Below are positions 1 through 24,029 of a stretch of DNA of 64,000 nt, piece by piece. Source of the stretch: Chrysomallon squamiferum (Eukaryota; Animalia; Mollusca). Numbering within the stretch: the stretch's first letter is position 1; each line of letters starts with the position of its first letter. The DNA is taken from the NCBI GenBank assembly GCA_012295275.1, contig CM022670.1:19716001-19780000 (forward strand), given 5' to 3'. The position numbers were made by a program, and so were the translations under genes. The notes below the pieces were generated by a model. It searched no databases. It saw nothing but the letters and a program-made list of their open reading frames with translations, and was not told the origin of the DNA.

Positions 1-307
1 AACTGGTTTGCTAAAGATCATAATATAAGATTTCTTACATATACGAAGGTTCTGTTATAAAATCCCTAGTTCTAGTAGTAACAAAAAAATTCACATGGCG
101 GCCATATATATTACAGTATGTTGAATAAATAATTTCTTCCTTTGTTTTTCTTTGTCCTTTTATTTTAGCCAACATACATCTACTTAGTTATATATAACTC
201 TAAGCGACAATAGCTTATTAAAAATATTTATTGATAATATCTTATGCACTTACTATTAATTACTATTACATTTGAAGTTTTTTTTAATTTTTTATTTTTC
301 TCACTAG

Positions 308-9567
<9,260 letters not shown>

Positions 9568-9803
9568 AGAGAAAACTGATTTCAGAACATTCGGAATTTT
9601 ACGAAACTCTCTGTAGATTTTATTACATAGACTGATTAAACTAGTGCTACTTCATTTATTCTGTACAGTATAAAATCTGTTACTTTCTGTTTATTATTAT
9701 ACGGTATAACTAGTATGTAATATAACTTCACACTTTAAATATTCAGTATAGTAAATACTTCTTTTTTTCAAATATATAAGTCCTGTGGATCTATGTTGTT
9801 TTA

Positions 9804-9848
<45 letters not shown>

Positions 9849-12286
9849 GCCATAATAATTAGTCAGTTCATTGCTAGAATATTTCTGTTATACTTAAGAC
9901 ACTTTGGTTCGTCTAAGTGAAATTGTGAAATTAGGTGGCTTGTCTTTGGAAATTAATAAGTTCTGCAAAATAATATTAAATAGAAGATAATGTCATTATG
10001 TTTTGTTCTGGACACCCATGTGAATGCATATGAATTTCATAGAAAAAAAGTAATCACTGATTTCAACAGAAGATGAATTGTTTCACTCCAGTTGCCACTC
10101 TATCCATTGTGTCTTTTCATCCAGATATCAAATTTGCATTAGTGACGATAACTATATATTTATTTTCATTTATTGTTCTACGATTATTTTATAGCTTGAT
10201 AATTAAACTGTTGATTATATTTTTTAATGTTAAAGTATAGGCTTTTTTTACTTAATTATATCCTTAGTTGTTAATAATATATTTTTTGTTGTTGTTAATT
10301 AAACCGAAATTTGTATTTTATAAACAAATATGCATATCTTGCAAGATATCCAGATTAGAAGATATTTTGTTAGTATTTTTATACATTTGATATGATATTG
10401 CGTGTAATAAAGCTAACATTGCATGTTAACATTCATTTGTCTGAAACTGGTGATGGGGATAATATAATATTGAATTATATAATAACTTCATTAAAGGAAG
10501 ATGGCCTGCTGCAGCATCTATTTTTAGTTGATAACCTTTTTATTTAAATTATTATTATTATTATTATTTTAAATGTATGTTTATGTCAAGGCTTTAAGAA
10601 AAAAAATGTAATAAAATTAATATGAGGTACTAAAAATAATATTCATTATTCAATACATTTTTATTACTGTTTTTTCCATTTCAGTTTTAATTTTTTTTCT
10701 TTTTACTATTTTTTTTTTTTTTTTTTTTTTTTATTATTTTATATTATTTAGTTTTATTATTTTTATTTATTTTTTAATTATATTTTATTTTTTTATCTAT
10801 GTTCACCATCGTTGAAATTAAAAAAAATCACAAGTGCTTTATGTGAAGATAAAGTTGGCATTTCCTTCACTGAAGTTGTTTCTGCATTACAAAATTGTTA
10901 CATTTATTAAGTTTTTGTTTCTGTTTTCATATATTTTATTTATACATTCTAAATATGGTTTAGAGGATATAAGAATTATAATTTTGATATTCATTTAATA
11001 TGCAATACTTAAAATTATGATATTAAATATTATAGCAATTTTTTTTTTTTATGTTTGCTTTTTGTGTGCATTGGATGTTTTTTGTATTTTTTTTTTTGAG
11101 TTTTACATGCTTTTTTTAGTTATTGTTGAAGAGGTAAAATCTTAATAGAAAATATTTCAGAATAAAGTTGTATACATAAAGTGTGTGTAAGACATTTATG
11201 TAAGACACTGCATACAGCAAGCACGATCATCGAATCAGTAGTAAGTCAATTTTTCATTACTTCGTACACAACTGTTGGATAAATAACGTGGGGGTTTTGT
11301 GGTTTGAGGTTTTGGTGAGAGATTTTTTGGTTTTTTGGTTTTTTTAAATAATAAAGAAAAACATATATTTTTTTTCAAATAAGAGATGCCTTTATTCAAT
11401 GGTATCTATTCTGGGCAAAACATTATCACAGTATTGTAAGTTACAGGAACTACAAATGGTAAAAAGATGATAAAAAGTGGCAAATATCTTATGAAATCTT
11501 CCTGAAGACCCCCAGCCCAAATAGCTCCCAAAGACATTTCACAAATATAACTATTTAAAATAAAAACTGATCAAACCTTTTACAATATATTAGTTTGCAA
11601 ATGGTTAATCAAAACAGAGGTTCTGCTTTTCAGTTTGATAACTGAACAAAATCTGAATAAATCCAAGGACACTTCTTCCTTTTTGCAGCAACAAATTTGC
11701 ATAGCTATTTTGTTGCAATAACGATTTCATGTATAAAATGTATGTAGATACAAAAGATTAATTAAAAGTTTCATCTCTAACCGCAAAACAAAAGTCACCA
11801 ACTTATATATATATATGCAGGAAAAGATGCCTTTGTATTGTTAAGTGATATACTGAAAAATCAAAAGAAATAATGAAGAGAGAATCAAACTAATGTAATA
11901 AACACCTTTGGATATTGGAAATTGTTCATTGGTGACATTGTTAATAGTTTTGACAAAAAATCATTAAATATCATATTAATAAAAATGAAGAAAAGTTCTA
12001 AGAAGCTTTAGAAATTGAGGATGCCAGCCCATTCCAAATTTAAAACGTTCTAATGTTCTAAATATGCCTGTTTTCAAAGATAAATGCTATAAAAGTCTGT
12101 TTGGCTTCACCAACAGAAAAAAGAAAGAAAATGTCTAAATAGATTTTGTAATACATACAGGTGACTTGTGTCTTCGTCACTCTAAACCAACCTTTGCAAC
12201 AAAGTATACAGTAAAATAACAAGCCAGAGAAGACGCAGATAAAATGCAATTTTTCTTTTCACCATCACACTACTTTATAGAAATGT

Positions 12287-12288
<2 letters not shown>

Positions 12289-12338
<50 letters not shown>

Positions 12339-12410
12339 GAAGAAAAAATGAAATAAAATGAAATAAAATAAACTAAAATAATATAGTATAAAATAAAATA
12401 AAATAAAATA
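12289..12410. repeat. (AAAT)n / (AAAAT)n microsatellite cluster
   Basis: AAAT run followed by degenerate AAAAT units. Confidence 0.9.
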
Positions 12411-15400
12411 ATTCAGAACTGGAGTAAATCATTGCAATATATATATATAATTTTTTTCTTTCTTTTTTTTTTGGAGAGAAAATATTGGTGTGCATGTGCT
12501 TTTGCATTCTTGTTATATCACTATCACTACATTATCATCAAAGCTTGGTGGCCAGAAACAGATAAACAAAATTATTGAGAAATATACCTAATGTGTTAAC
12601 ATTATCATTTACACAAATTATATTTTTTGTGTTATAAAGGAAAAATACAATCATAAATATCAGTGTTTTGAAAATTACAGTTTCTAGATATTAAATAAAA
12701 AATAATAAATCTTAAAAACTCGGGATGTAAGATGAAAGTTTTTAGAACATGAAAATTAATTATGGACATTAACCAACAGTTTTCAAGTCTTTCAGTAATG
12801 ACTAGCCTTTATGGCAACAGTTACAACAATCTCAAGAACATAGAGTAGAAAAAAAAAAAAATACATGTGCAGAAGTATATTAGTTATGTAGAAACATAAT
12901 AAACATAATAAACATAAACCTAATAAAAATAATAATGGTAACAATTATTATAATAATAATAAATACATAAAAAAAAAAAACTAAAAAATAAACAAGAAGA
13001 AGAAGAAAAATAATATTAAAGAAATAAACTTAATCGTCTTTTATGAACCTTTTTTGTTTGTTTTTAACTATTACAAAAAAATGATACTGACATAGAGTTC
13101 AAGTATATAAACAAGATTCAGGATCATGTCAAAGGTTAAAACAATTTCATGTAAAGGATGAGGAAATGAAGAATAAATAAAACATACAAAGTATAAATAA
13201 ATCTAATGGTTGTATGTACAAGTGCAAATGTACATGCTGAATTATTTACAGTATACAGACTAGTTTATCACATACATGTAACTAAACTGTGGTTCAGTAA
13301 ATGACAGAAACATGTTACACAACATTAAAACAGAAAATATTTTTATATAGCTAAACGAATATAAACTAACATTTAGATGCCAGATTATATTCATTTAGTT
13401 GAAGTGAAGGAAAGGTTATGCTTTTGTGTACATTGTTTTTGGATTCTTTATTTTATTTTTGTTTTTTGGAAAAAAATTCTATGCCTGGGATGAAATGATT
13501 TTTATAGTAGTTTCCAAATAATTAAATTATTTTTTTCAGTCATCATATTTGATTATTGATACTGACAGACACCAAATAAAAGATTGTAATGATACTAATT
13601 AACACTGAAAATAAATTCAAATGTGGTGTAACAAACTTAATGAAGATTACTTATTATCAATATATGCAGAGACTGATGCAGATTTCACTTTATCGGAATT
13701 AATTCTGATTGACATTACTTGACTTTTCACACTGATGACACCTCATCAGAATTAGTTCCAATGTAATTCTCTCTTAATAAGAATTAATTTTACACATACC
13801 CACTTTGATAAAATTTCATTGCAACAACAAAAATAAATACATATTAATATAAACATGATTAGAATAAAGTAAATATTTGATCAGAATTAATTCCAACATG
13901 CTGTTTGATAGATTATTTTTATACAGACACCAGACTACATTGTTTCAAACAATTATTCATACATAAATTCTTATATATATATATATACATGTGTGTCATA
14001 TATATATATGTATAAATACAAACACACACATATACACATACAAGTAATTCTTTCTACTAAAAATTGCAGAAAGAATGAATAAATCTGAAAATAGCATCCT
14101 TCTCATTATCATGCACCAGTTATCTTTGAATCAGTTAACCAGCTTCATATTTCATTAGAGAATGCTGATATTTTCTTATATATATAAAACAAAACCAAAT
14201 GAGCAAAGATGCAAATGTAAAATCTAATATTGAGCTAGGGCATAAATTAATATTCAGTTAATACTTTCAAACATCTCACTATGTAATGTTACAAAAACTA
14301 ATAATCAGGTGAATTATTGACTTTCCATAAACAAATTTGACTTCCACAACATTAATTTTATTAGCATTCCAAATGCATTACTATAATGGTTATTAAAATT
14401 ACACAGCTTTAAGACATGTTTTGCAAGAAATAATTAAGTCAGATATGTCCTTTTATGAATGTTTCATGTAATTAAAAACTCAAAGACATATCTTTACAAG
14501 ACATATCTTTGCAATAAATATTAACCACATATGACCATTTATACTGCCTATATAATTATGAATTATTGCATTGGTGTTAATAAATAAACAAAAACATTTT
14601 TATATGGTACATTTTACAAGATAAATGATACAGGATTGCCAAAATGTATGATTATCAAAATAAAACTGACAATGCACCAATAGCTGTTACACATAATTAT
14701 TATCTGTAAAAACTACCAATATTATGTACAGTAAATTACAAATGTCTACCTTCCTAATGTTTCTAGGTAAATACAAAACAAAAAAAATAAAACAACACAA
14801 CCACCTTCAATATAATTTGCAATCTCTATGGTTGGCTGTGTAAGGCAATAACTGGCTTTTCATTAATTGCTCAAACATATCCACATCCTTGAAATATTTT
14901 ACAAATATGTTTAATATAGTTTCTGTTTTCAAGTTATTTTAATTTTAACAATAACTTTTATTTAACTATTTTATTATTACTTTTTTTTTCCTAGCATTTC
15001 AAACAGTTATCATTTGTTACAGTTCATCTGACACATTTCATCTGATTTCTGACATATGTTTCATGTACTGTAAGGGATTTCTGACAAATTTCATCTGAAT
15101 CAATTTATCAGATACATTCATGAAAAACAATATGTCAAACTTTCCAGGTATAAACAGTTATATGTGATATTAACCATAAGAACATAAATATCTGAAATAT
15201 TCATCTGAACAACAAAAATCTGTATCAACTATGCCCTCCATAAAATAATGGAAAAAAATAAAATAAAAAACATATCATGTATCTAGAATTTCTTTTAAGA
15301 CAATTATCTTGTTTGATCCATGTGGATAAAACTTCTGGTATACACTAGAAGAGATCTATGTAATGCTTTTGAAAAATAATAACTATTTACAGAGACACAT

Positions 15401-16455
15401 TCAACATGTTTTGACAGCATGCGTAACAAGTATATATTCTTATCAGTAACATAATTAAAATTAAATTTTAAAAAATTAAATAAAATAAAAGTCAGCAGTA
15501 TCAATTATAATAAATAAAATATTCATAAGTATGTGCTGGCAAATGTCTAAATAATGAATGGTCAAAAACAAAATGTTTTTAAATATTTCATTTCAGATTC
15601 AGATTCTTCCTTTTCACCTTAATAAATTCCACATTACTGTATGGATGACATCATATAACTTGAAGTGTGTAAATGTTTCAAAACAAAACATTTCTTCCTT
15701 CCTTCTTAATAAAAAAATTCATACTCATGCCAGTTATATGGTTTTCTTAAATGAATCAGAAAATTCACAACAATTTCTTCTCTATAGAAAACCACCAAAC
15801 ATTTATGTTTTCATCAGCAGGATATAAAAATGTATTCCATTTTTCTCAGTATTAATTTGATTTCAGAGTGAGAGGTCAAATTTATTTCAAATGAATGTTA
15901 AATAATGAGATCTAGTAATATATGTTTTAAGTCTAATAAATTTGTAAATTAGTAACTTATACTATCAGAATGCTCTAATCAGAACTATGTCAAGTGTATC
16001 TAAGTATGTCATTTTATAATCTTCTAACTTCTTTTCTTTTTCTTTTTATAAATACATCCTGCAATATAATGGCTTGCAAACTTGTGTTTCATTTTTTCAG
16101 TGCATATTTTCTTCTTTCAAAACTTTTTTTCATGCTTTGCTATACTTTCTAATATCTAGTTCTCTATTTATCATGCATTTATAAATAAATATACTCAAAC
16201 CATCAGCACAATAATCTACATCTGAATCAAAATTTCAATAAACACTTCAGACTACCACAAACATTATTGTCGTTCTGAGTCAACATACATAAGTAATGTA
16301 AGTTCTGCACTGGAGTTTCCAAGATTCGTCATGGGAAGATTGATTCCAATGTACTTGGTCTGGTCGCTGAAATCGTTGTCTGTTGAATACAAGAGGTAGG
16401 GCTGAATTTCTTCAAGGCTGGTGAGGATGTGGATAATGTTGAGCTCAAGAAAGGG

Positions 16456-19400
16456 TCATAAGTCAGGGAATCGGTTAGCATCTTCCTGGTAATCTCGAGG
16501 TATGACAAACAGTTCTAGAGGCAGGTCCTCCTGCCATTCAAACATGGTGAAAGTGACTTTGGCAGTAACCGTAGGAAATACTGGAATTTCTGAAAATTAG
16601 ATTATATACATGTATATATACATGTATACATAAATACATGTATACATATATTTGTTTGTATTTATGATTTAAAATTAAAAAATGTTTTACATATAAATAT
16701 TTTACCTCTGTTTAATGTTTCTCTTTTTTATTATTTTGTTGTTAGTTTGTTTCAGAGTTTTTAATTACTTTAATTGTGTTTGTGTGTGTATGTGTGTGTG
16801 TGTGTGTATAATAAAATAATAACTTTGGTTTTCAACATGTCAAGAATATATTAATTTTTCTCAATGTGCACATTACAAATGTGTGATAAGAAATAACAAA
16901 TGAAAGCCAAAACCTAATTTGTTGTCTCAGAATGAGTTTTTTCTGTGTAGAGAAAACAATAAATTTTATCCTCATGGGATGTTATTTTTCTCATATAGTC
17001 TCATTGAAAATTACATAATTGTTGTTCTCTGTATATTAATAATAATTTGTTATAACCACTAATGAATATAATGATTTAATTCAACAGCAACCAACTAAAT
17101 ATTTCAAATTATTTTTCAACTTATAAATTTTACTATAAAATAAAAAATTATAGTATGTCTCTACACATAATCAATGGATAACTGCAATGACTATTCTATC
17201 TTTTATTTTTAAGATATTATTAATTAAAGTCTCATACCAATTTTTACTGGAAAACCAGGTGGCAGCTTGGAGGTCATAAATTCACGTAACTTCTGAAACT
17301 GTTTGAAAGGTGCCACCACTTCCAAAACATCCAAAAGTCTGAAACAAAATTAAAGGGAAATAATACCAGTTTTGAACGTTTCTTTAAAGCAAGTGGGAAT
17401 TTTACTCTTCAATATAAACCTATAATATTGACAATTTTACATTTCAAAACAAACTGAAAATGTTATCTTTTGAAAACTATTTGAAAATATGTCAAAACAT
17501 GTATTTCTGTAAAATATTTTTTTTTTGTTTTTTTATTTTTATTTAAGAGGTGTTTTTTTGTTTTTTGTTGTTGTTTGTTTTAATTGTTTGATATTTGTTA
17601 TTTTAATTTTTTTTAATAATTTTTATATTTAGTTTTTTCTCTTTTCTTTTTTTTGTTGTTGCTGTTAATGTTACTGATGGTTTGTGTTTAATTTTTGCAT
17701 CTTTTTTCACCTCTACTTTTCAAGTTTATAATTTTTTATGTGTTAACATAAATATCTCAGTGTTAACAGAAAAAATAAAATTAATAAACTTACACATCAA
17801 CAGTCATTGGGAAATCCTGGCTCTGTAAAATTAAACATTAAAATCCTGAGAACTACATAAATGTCTTTTAGCAATATTAACATCTGTGTTAAGTCTAATA
17901 GTAAATACTTCATAGTAAATATTGAAGACTAAGAAAGAAACACATATATTACTATTTAAAAAATGAAATTTCAATGAATAAATAAAAATTCTGCTACTGA
18001 ATTTAAGGGAACGTGCACAGGTGAATATCACTAAAATTGTCAAATTCACATTGTTTAGTTATCTAACTTTCAATAATTGCTTGCTTTTGTTGTGAATAAT
18101 TGGGACGTACATAATAAAAATATGTTTCTGCAATATCCCTGTCAATTTATTTCCTTTGTTTAAGTTCAAAGATGCAAAATATATTGAAAAATTGGTCTTG
18201 TTTAAGTGTATATATTTAACACGAAATTATTCTTTTTGTTGTTTATTTTAACAGTTAAATAATTATTTTGTGTTTTAATGTAATATTTAATATTAAATAG
18301 TATTACATTTGTTTACTTTTTTAAAAATATTTTTATTATTTCATTTTTTGTTGTGCTGTATTGTATTATGTTATGTTATGTTTTATTTTAGACTGGATAC
18401 AACAACCATTGGGACTTCGATACTGTTTCTGAATTTACATATATTTTTTAATGTATAGCTGACACAGTGCTAAACTTTTAGCAAAATATGATAAGAATTT
18501 TAAAAACTTGATTTCACTTGAATGTTTTCATTTAAAGCAAAAGGAGAATAAGAAGAAAAAATATGAGAAAAGTGAAAGGGTGAGGAAAAAAATGTAATGA
18601 AATAAAAAACAGATAAAAAGGTAAAATAATGAAGAATATCAAGATTTTTGTTAAACCTTTAGTTTTTTCATGTGCAATCATAATGACATTGGTACCTATA
18701 CAAATATTACAAACACAGAATAAATAATAAATTAATAGCTTAACAAAAAAAGAGATATATTACCATAGCTACAGTGGCTTTGAAAGCCTTTGAGCTTTCT
18801 TTAGCTATCATACTTCTTCCTAAACATGGTGGATGTCCTGGTTCTGCACTCATATAATCTTCCCACAATACATCTGGACGAGGAGGAGCTGTTAAAGATG
18901 GGCGTCTTTCAAACTGAGTTGTAAAAATTATTTTATTATTATAACACAATTAAAGATAATAAAAACAAAAAGGAAACATATCTTATGATTATTTTCTTCA
19001 ATATTCTGTTAATTATATGAAATAAAGGTTCATCCAGTTTACAACATCAATAATTAAATGAGCTTTATTGTTTCCATAAGTGAATTTAAAATCTATTATT
19101 TAACATACATTTTTATAAATTCCAAAACAAAGATATTATATTGATCTAAATATATTTACTAAACACTTACACATTTTATTTCACAATGAGTATAAAATTA
19201 TCCTAACCTCACAGTTATCCCATGTTCCTTTGTGAAAACTTTCCATTATTGCTTTATTTTTCTGTACATCTTCAATGGATAAATGTTCTCTCCTTAATTC
19301 ATAAATATAAATAAATTAAACATATATTACAACATAATAATAATGATGTTTGATCTCAGTACTGTAATTCCTTTTCATTAAAAAAATAATAATAACAATA

Positions 19401-22400
19401 ATTTTAAAAATGGTAGAGAAAAATCTGTACAATTATATTTATCAATTTATAATCTACCTAATTTATATTTGTCACATAATTCAATGACCAAATTTATTTA
19501 TTTATTTTTTAATTTTTTTTGTGTTTTTTATTACATATATAATTGACAACTGGAATTTAAGTTGTTATAATAATTGCCTTGTTGTGCGATGAAGTGGAAA
19601 AATATTTTTTTTAAAAAAGACTAACCTTTTACGAGAATCTAGAGTGAGACCATTAACAGTGTAGAAATCAGACCGAAACTCACCAACCATTTCCTAAAAC
19701 AAAGTTGAAAAAATACCTCAGTAAGCACAATTCAGTAACACAATCTATTAAATTAAACAATTATTTTCTGTCCCTTTAATTAATATTGATTATCTCCCTT
19801 GCTTCACAAAACAAATGTTTCTCAGCACATTAACAAAAGTATAGTTAAAAGTGAATTTAAAAGCCCTCTTGCTATCAATCAATAAGAAAAAGCTAGGAAG
19901 GTTTCCTTTCACATTTTCATGAAAACTTAATTACTGTTAACATTCAAATATGTACAGTGTAATTAAACATTCAGTTATTCATTAACAGACTGCCAAAACA
20001 GTTTACATTTAAATACTTCATTTCTTTAAAACTCTGTTAACTTTTCTTTCAATTTAAAAATTAAAGAAAACCTCAAAAATATATGGATAATATAGTTAAA
20101 TGTTATAACATGTATTTACAGTTTTATCTTCACGGAAAAGCCACCCACTCTGAGCTCGAGAAAAAGTGATATTTTTGGTGGACATCTGAGCAGCCATAAT
20201 GTCTGAGCTCATTAATATATCAACTTCATCCTCCAATTCTAGTTCACTGTCCTGTGACAAATAAACAAGTAACAAATAGTAACTGTTATAAATAAACTGT
20301 CAAACTTAATTTCACTACTAGATATTTATTATAAAACTAACTATTCTTATAGGAAATAACAACTAAAATATAACAAATTTTAAATATTTTTAATTAAATT
20401 ATGTAAATTAAAATATGATCAGCAGTTTCCTGTTTACAGTACTGGCCTCAACATTGAAGAGTGTTACTTTCAAGTAACCATATGGAAATGTAATACATTA
20501 TTTAACAAAATTATATTTCATACATAATTAAATCATCAAAAATAAATATAGTACTTATAAGAAGTAAGTGTGATAAAAAATTAAATTACACAAACCGAAT
20601 ATAACTAAATTACAGAAATTTAATAGAATAATATTAACTAAAACCCAGAAATATTACAGTAATATATCTAAATAAAATAAAGGGTGAAACTGAAAAATCA
20701 AACTACATAACCTATGGAAATATGACAACAAAATTCTAAATACCTCATAACGTATCCGCTGAAAGACTTTCAATTTATTATCTAATACTGTTAGAGACTG
20801 GTTTGGACAAGCATCACCATTGAATATAAAAGATATGTCACCTCTCTCCCAGTGCATGTCATTAAAATCAACTAGAGTTGTATCCAATCTGAAATATAAT
20901 ATAATATAATATAATATAATATAATATAATATAATATAATATAATATAATAATATAATATAAGAAATATAATATAATGTAATATAATATAGAATTATTTT
21001 AAAAATTAAACATATGTAAATATTATTTAAAATTTAATGTTAAATTAAACCACAGAATAATAACTAAATAAAACAAATATATTTATAAATATACCTGTTA
21101 AATTAAACAACAAAAAGAATAATTGTATGAAATTAAAAAAGATATAATATTATTTATAATGAAACAATCAAAATAAAGTTAATTTTGTTTGGCCCATTAT
21201 GAAATAAATCAAAGAGCATACTTTTTTTTTTTCACATCACACTAAACTTTACTTGTGACAAAACTTGTTTTCTCAAACAAACCTTATACATGGTCCTTTT
21301 TTATGGATTTTGCAGATATCTGATGGCAACATTCTTGACACTAATGGAACTGTGAAAAAAATAATACACCTTTTAAAATATTAATTAAATTCAAATATCA
21401 ATTTTCTTAATAAAATATATAGCAAATGTCATGAAAAGGAACAGAAAAACAGTTCATTAAAAGAATAGACTCAACAAAAAAAAAAAAAATTTAAAACATT
21501 TATTTGTAAATATTAGTAATAACTAATATTAATTAAAGCACCTTGTTTATTAAAATATTTTAAATTAATCTGGAAATTAAATAAAAGATTTCTTAATGCT
21601 AACTGAAAAAGTGTAGCCTATCATATGGCAGAGGTGGGTTTTACCTCTTTCATTATCTATATGGTCTTTAACTATATATATAATACTACATAAAATTAAA
21701 TCTGGAGATTTAAAAAATACCAACATATATTACAGGATTCCCTGTTAAAACTCTTCTAAAAGATACTGTTTGTTTGTTATTTTTCTTGGTTTTCTTCTTA
21801 TATTTTTTGTCAAAGATATTTTGTAATTATTTCTGTAAAATTAAATATTCATTCAAAGAATGTATTCATTATTGTGTGAAAAATAAGGGTCTATGTTAGA
21901 TTATTGTATTATTGTAAAATTTGTATTGAAACATTTTAAATAATGTTAAAGGTCATACCCCAGCTTTGAAAATCCCACTTGAGTTCTAGATAGAAGTCAT
22001 CAATTTCTCTGAGAGCACTAATTAATGCTGGCCTTCTATCTTCCAGTAATTCACGGGACTGCTGTTTCAGTTTCCGAAGCAAAGAAAATACTAATTCAAA
22101 AAAATAAGAATATGTACAGCACCAGATGATGTAAATATTATATTTTTATTTCTACATATAACTATGTTTTTGCAGATTAGAAAATACAACAAGTATTTCA
22201 GTTTGCAAAATTAACTAATAAAAATATTTCAAAAAAATAAAAATATGATATTGATTAAATTAAATTTATGATAATTTTATTCAGATAAATACTAAAATAA
22301 ACTTCAATACAGCCAACTATGTAATAGACTGAACAATAACAGTCCAATACATTTTAAAGCTTATATATATTTATCTTTTAAAGTTCAGCTGCTTTGAAAA

Positions 22401-24025
22401 TTTTTGAATAAGATTCATATTGATTTTCTAGTAACCTTCAATCAGAACCCAGGGTAATATAATAAATTACCTGTAATAAGATTTCTTATGTATTTTTACA
22501 ACAAAGTGTAATAAATCTGACAGCTTAAACACTCCACAAGACTATATAATGTGTAAATAATTATTTCTTACTTGTCTGTCTGTCACCAAAACTGATAGCT
22601 TCTGCTAAAGGTGTCCAACCCTGTAGATTTTTCACCTTCACAGGTGCTCCATGAGCCAGCAGTAAATGTACACATTCTGTCAATACAATCAAATTCATTA
22701 TAAATGATAAGACTGTAATATAAAACCTGCCTATTTTCATTATGTTAAAGATGTGTGCCAGAGAAGGGAGAGAATATGTGCATATAAATGACCATGTGTG
22801 TAAGTGTTTCAGTTGAGAAATTAATTTCTTAAATCCATCCTTTTATTTTTACTTTTTTATATTTCACAATTTTTTCTAAACATACAATGATACATGCATT
22901 TATTTATCTTTTAACACTAACCTTTATGTCCAAGCATAACAGCAAGATGCAAGGGAGTATTTCCTGCAGAAAAAATAATAATTATAAGTTTTCCATTTAT
23001 TATTGGCATGCACTTCTTCAGAAAGGACTGACCAAAATTTCCAATCAGACTATTGTCATCACAAAGACATAAAAACACTGAAGTAAAAGCTTGCATAATA
23101 TATTCATATGACTTTTCAAAATACCAAGCCAAAAACTCTTTAAATATGCTTACTCAGAACCTGTATACACCATAATTTTTACAAGACCATGAAAATATTT
23201 ATTATTAATTTCATAAATAACACAATTTCACTTATATTAGAATTTATAAATTCTTTCAAGTAAACTACTTTTTTTTTTCTTTTTTTGTGATACTAGAATT
23301 TATAGAACATATAATTTAATTGTGATATGCAATTAATCAGTCCACATTCTATTAAATGATGTCATAATTAAAGACTTTGGCAATTAATGTATGGTAAAAC
23401 AAATAAAAATTATTTATATCACAAAACGTGACAATATACAGTTTAAATAACCAAGATTCATAGAAGTAGAAGCACTGTTTGTTTCATTGATATTGGGCAT
23501 GACGAATCCAATTGATTTTTATTTTAAATATATAAAAATAATAAGTTTATATCATAAACTATTCACATTATTGCCTGATCATCTATATCTTTACTTAATT
23601 CACCCATATTTTTAGTAACTTATTCTCAGATATTTTAAATGAATGAAAAATAACTTTGTTTTAACCGAAATTGACTTTAATAACTATAACATATTGCCAT
23701 AATATCTGCATCGTCTGTACAAAAGTAATAACAAGGCTTATTTATTAAGATGTTATTAACATTATATGATTATGTTCTCGCCATTCGAATCTCGATATGT
23801 CAGACACTGAGACACTCAGGTGCCTCTATTTTCGTGATATATCTATGATCTAAATGTAAAAAGAACAATAGCTTTAAACGTAATAATTTGTTTCTTTTCA
23901 GTTATATTAAAGTTACCGTGAATGTCTTTTTGAGAGACATCGGAGGTACGAATAAGCTGAGATACACGACGTATATCATCGTTAAATACACTTTCATGAA
24001 GCGGAAAGGACTCAAAATCCGCCAT
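16456..24025 (-). CDS. ANKRD13C: Ankyrin repeat domain-containing protein 13C (N-terminal ankyrin repeats plus GPCR-chaperone domain), 432 aa
   Basis: 13 frame-consistent exons: 23917-24025, 22922-22963 (GNTPLHLAVMLGHK), 22572-22676 (GWTPLAEAISFGDR), 21959-22090 (DFYLELKWDFQSW), 21283-21349 (VPLVSRMLPSD), 20744-20888, 20120-20251, 19626-19693, 19208-19292, 18764-18913, 17794-17822, 17238-17338 (LPPGFPVKI), 16456-16589 (EIPVFPTVTAKVTF...RFPDL*). Total 1299 nt. The absence of a UIM tail and the RFPDL end fit the 13C subfamily. Confidence 0.95.
20894..20990. repeat. (ATATA)n pentanucleotide microsatellite
   Basis: ATATA units immediately upstream of an ANKRD13C acceptor. Confidence 0.93.
21590..21685 (+). 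mobile_element. Possible decayed SINE 3' fragment
   Basis: GC-richer island (tgctaactgaaaaagtgtagcc...ggtgggttttacctct...tatctatatggtctttaactatat) resembling, from memory only, the 3' body of a gastropod tRNA-derived SINE. Not verified by search. Confidence 0.35.
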
Positions 24026-24029
24026 CTTT
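24020..24029 (-). promoter_or_regulatory. YY1-type motif overlapping the ANKRD13C start codon
   Basis: Minus strand reads AAGATGGCGG. A similar AAAATGGCG overlaps the LMBRD1 ATG. Partly confounded with Kozak context. Confidence 0.4.
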
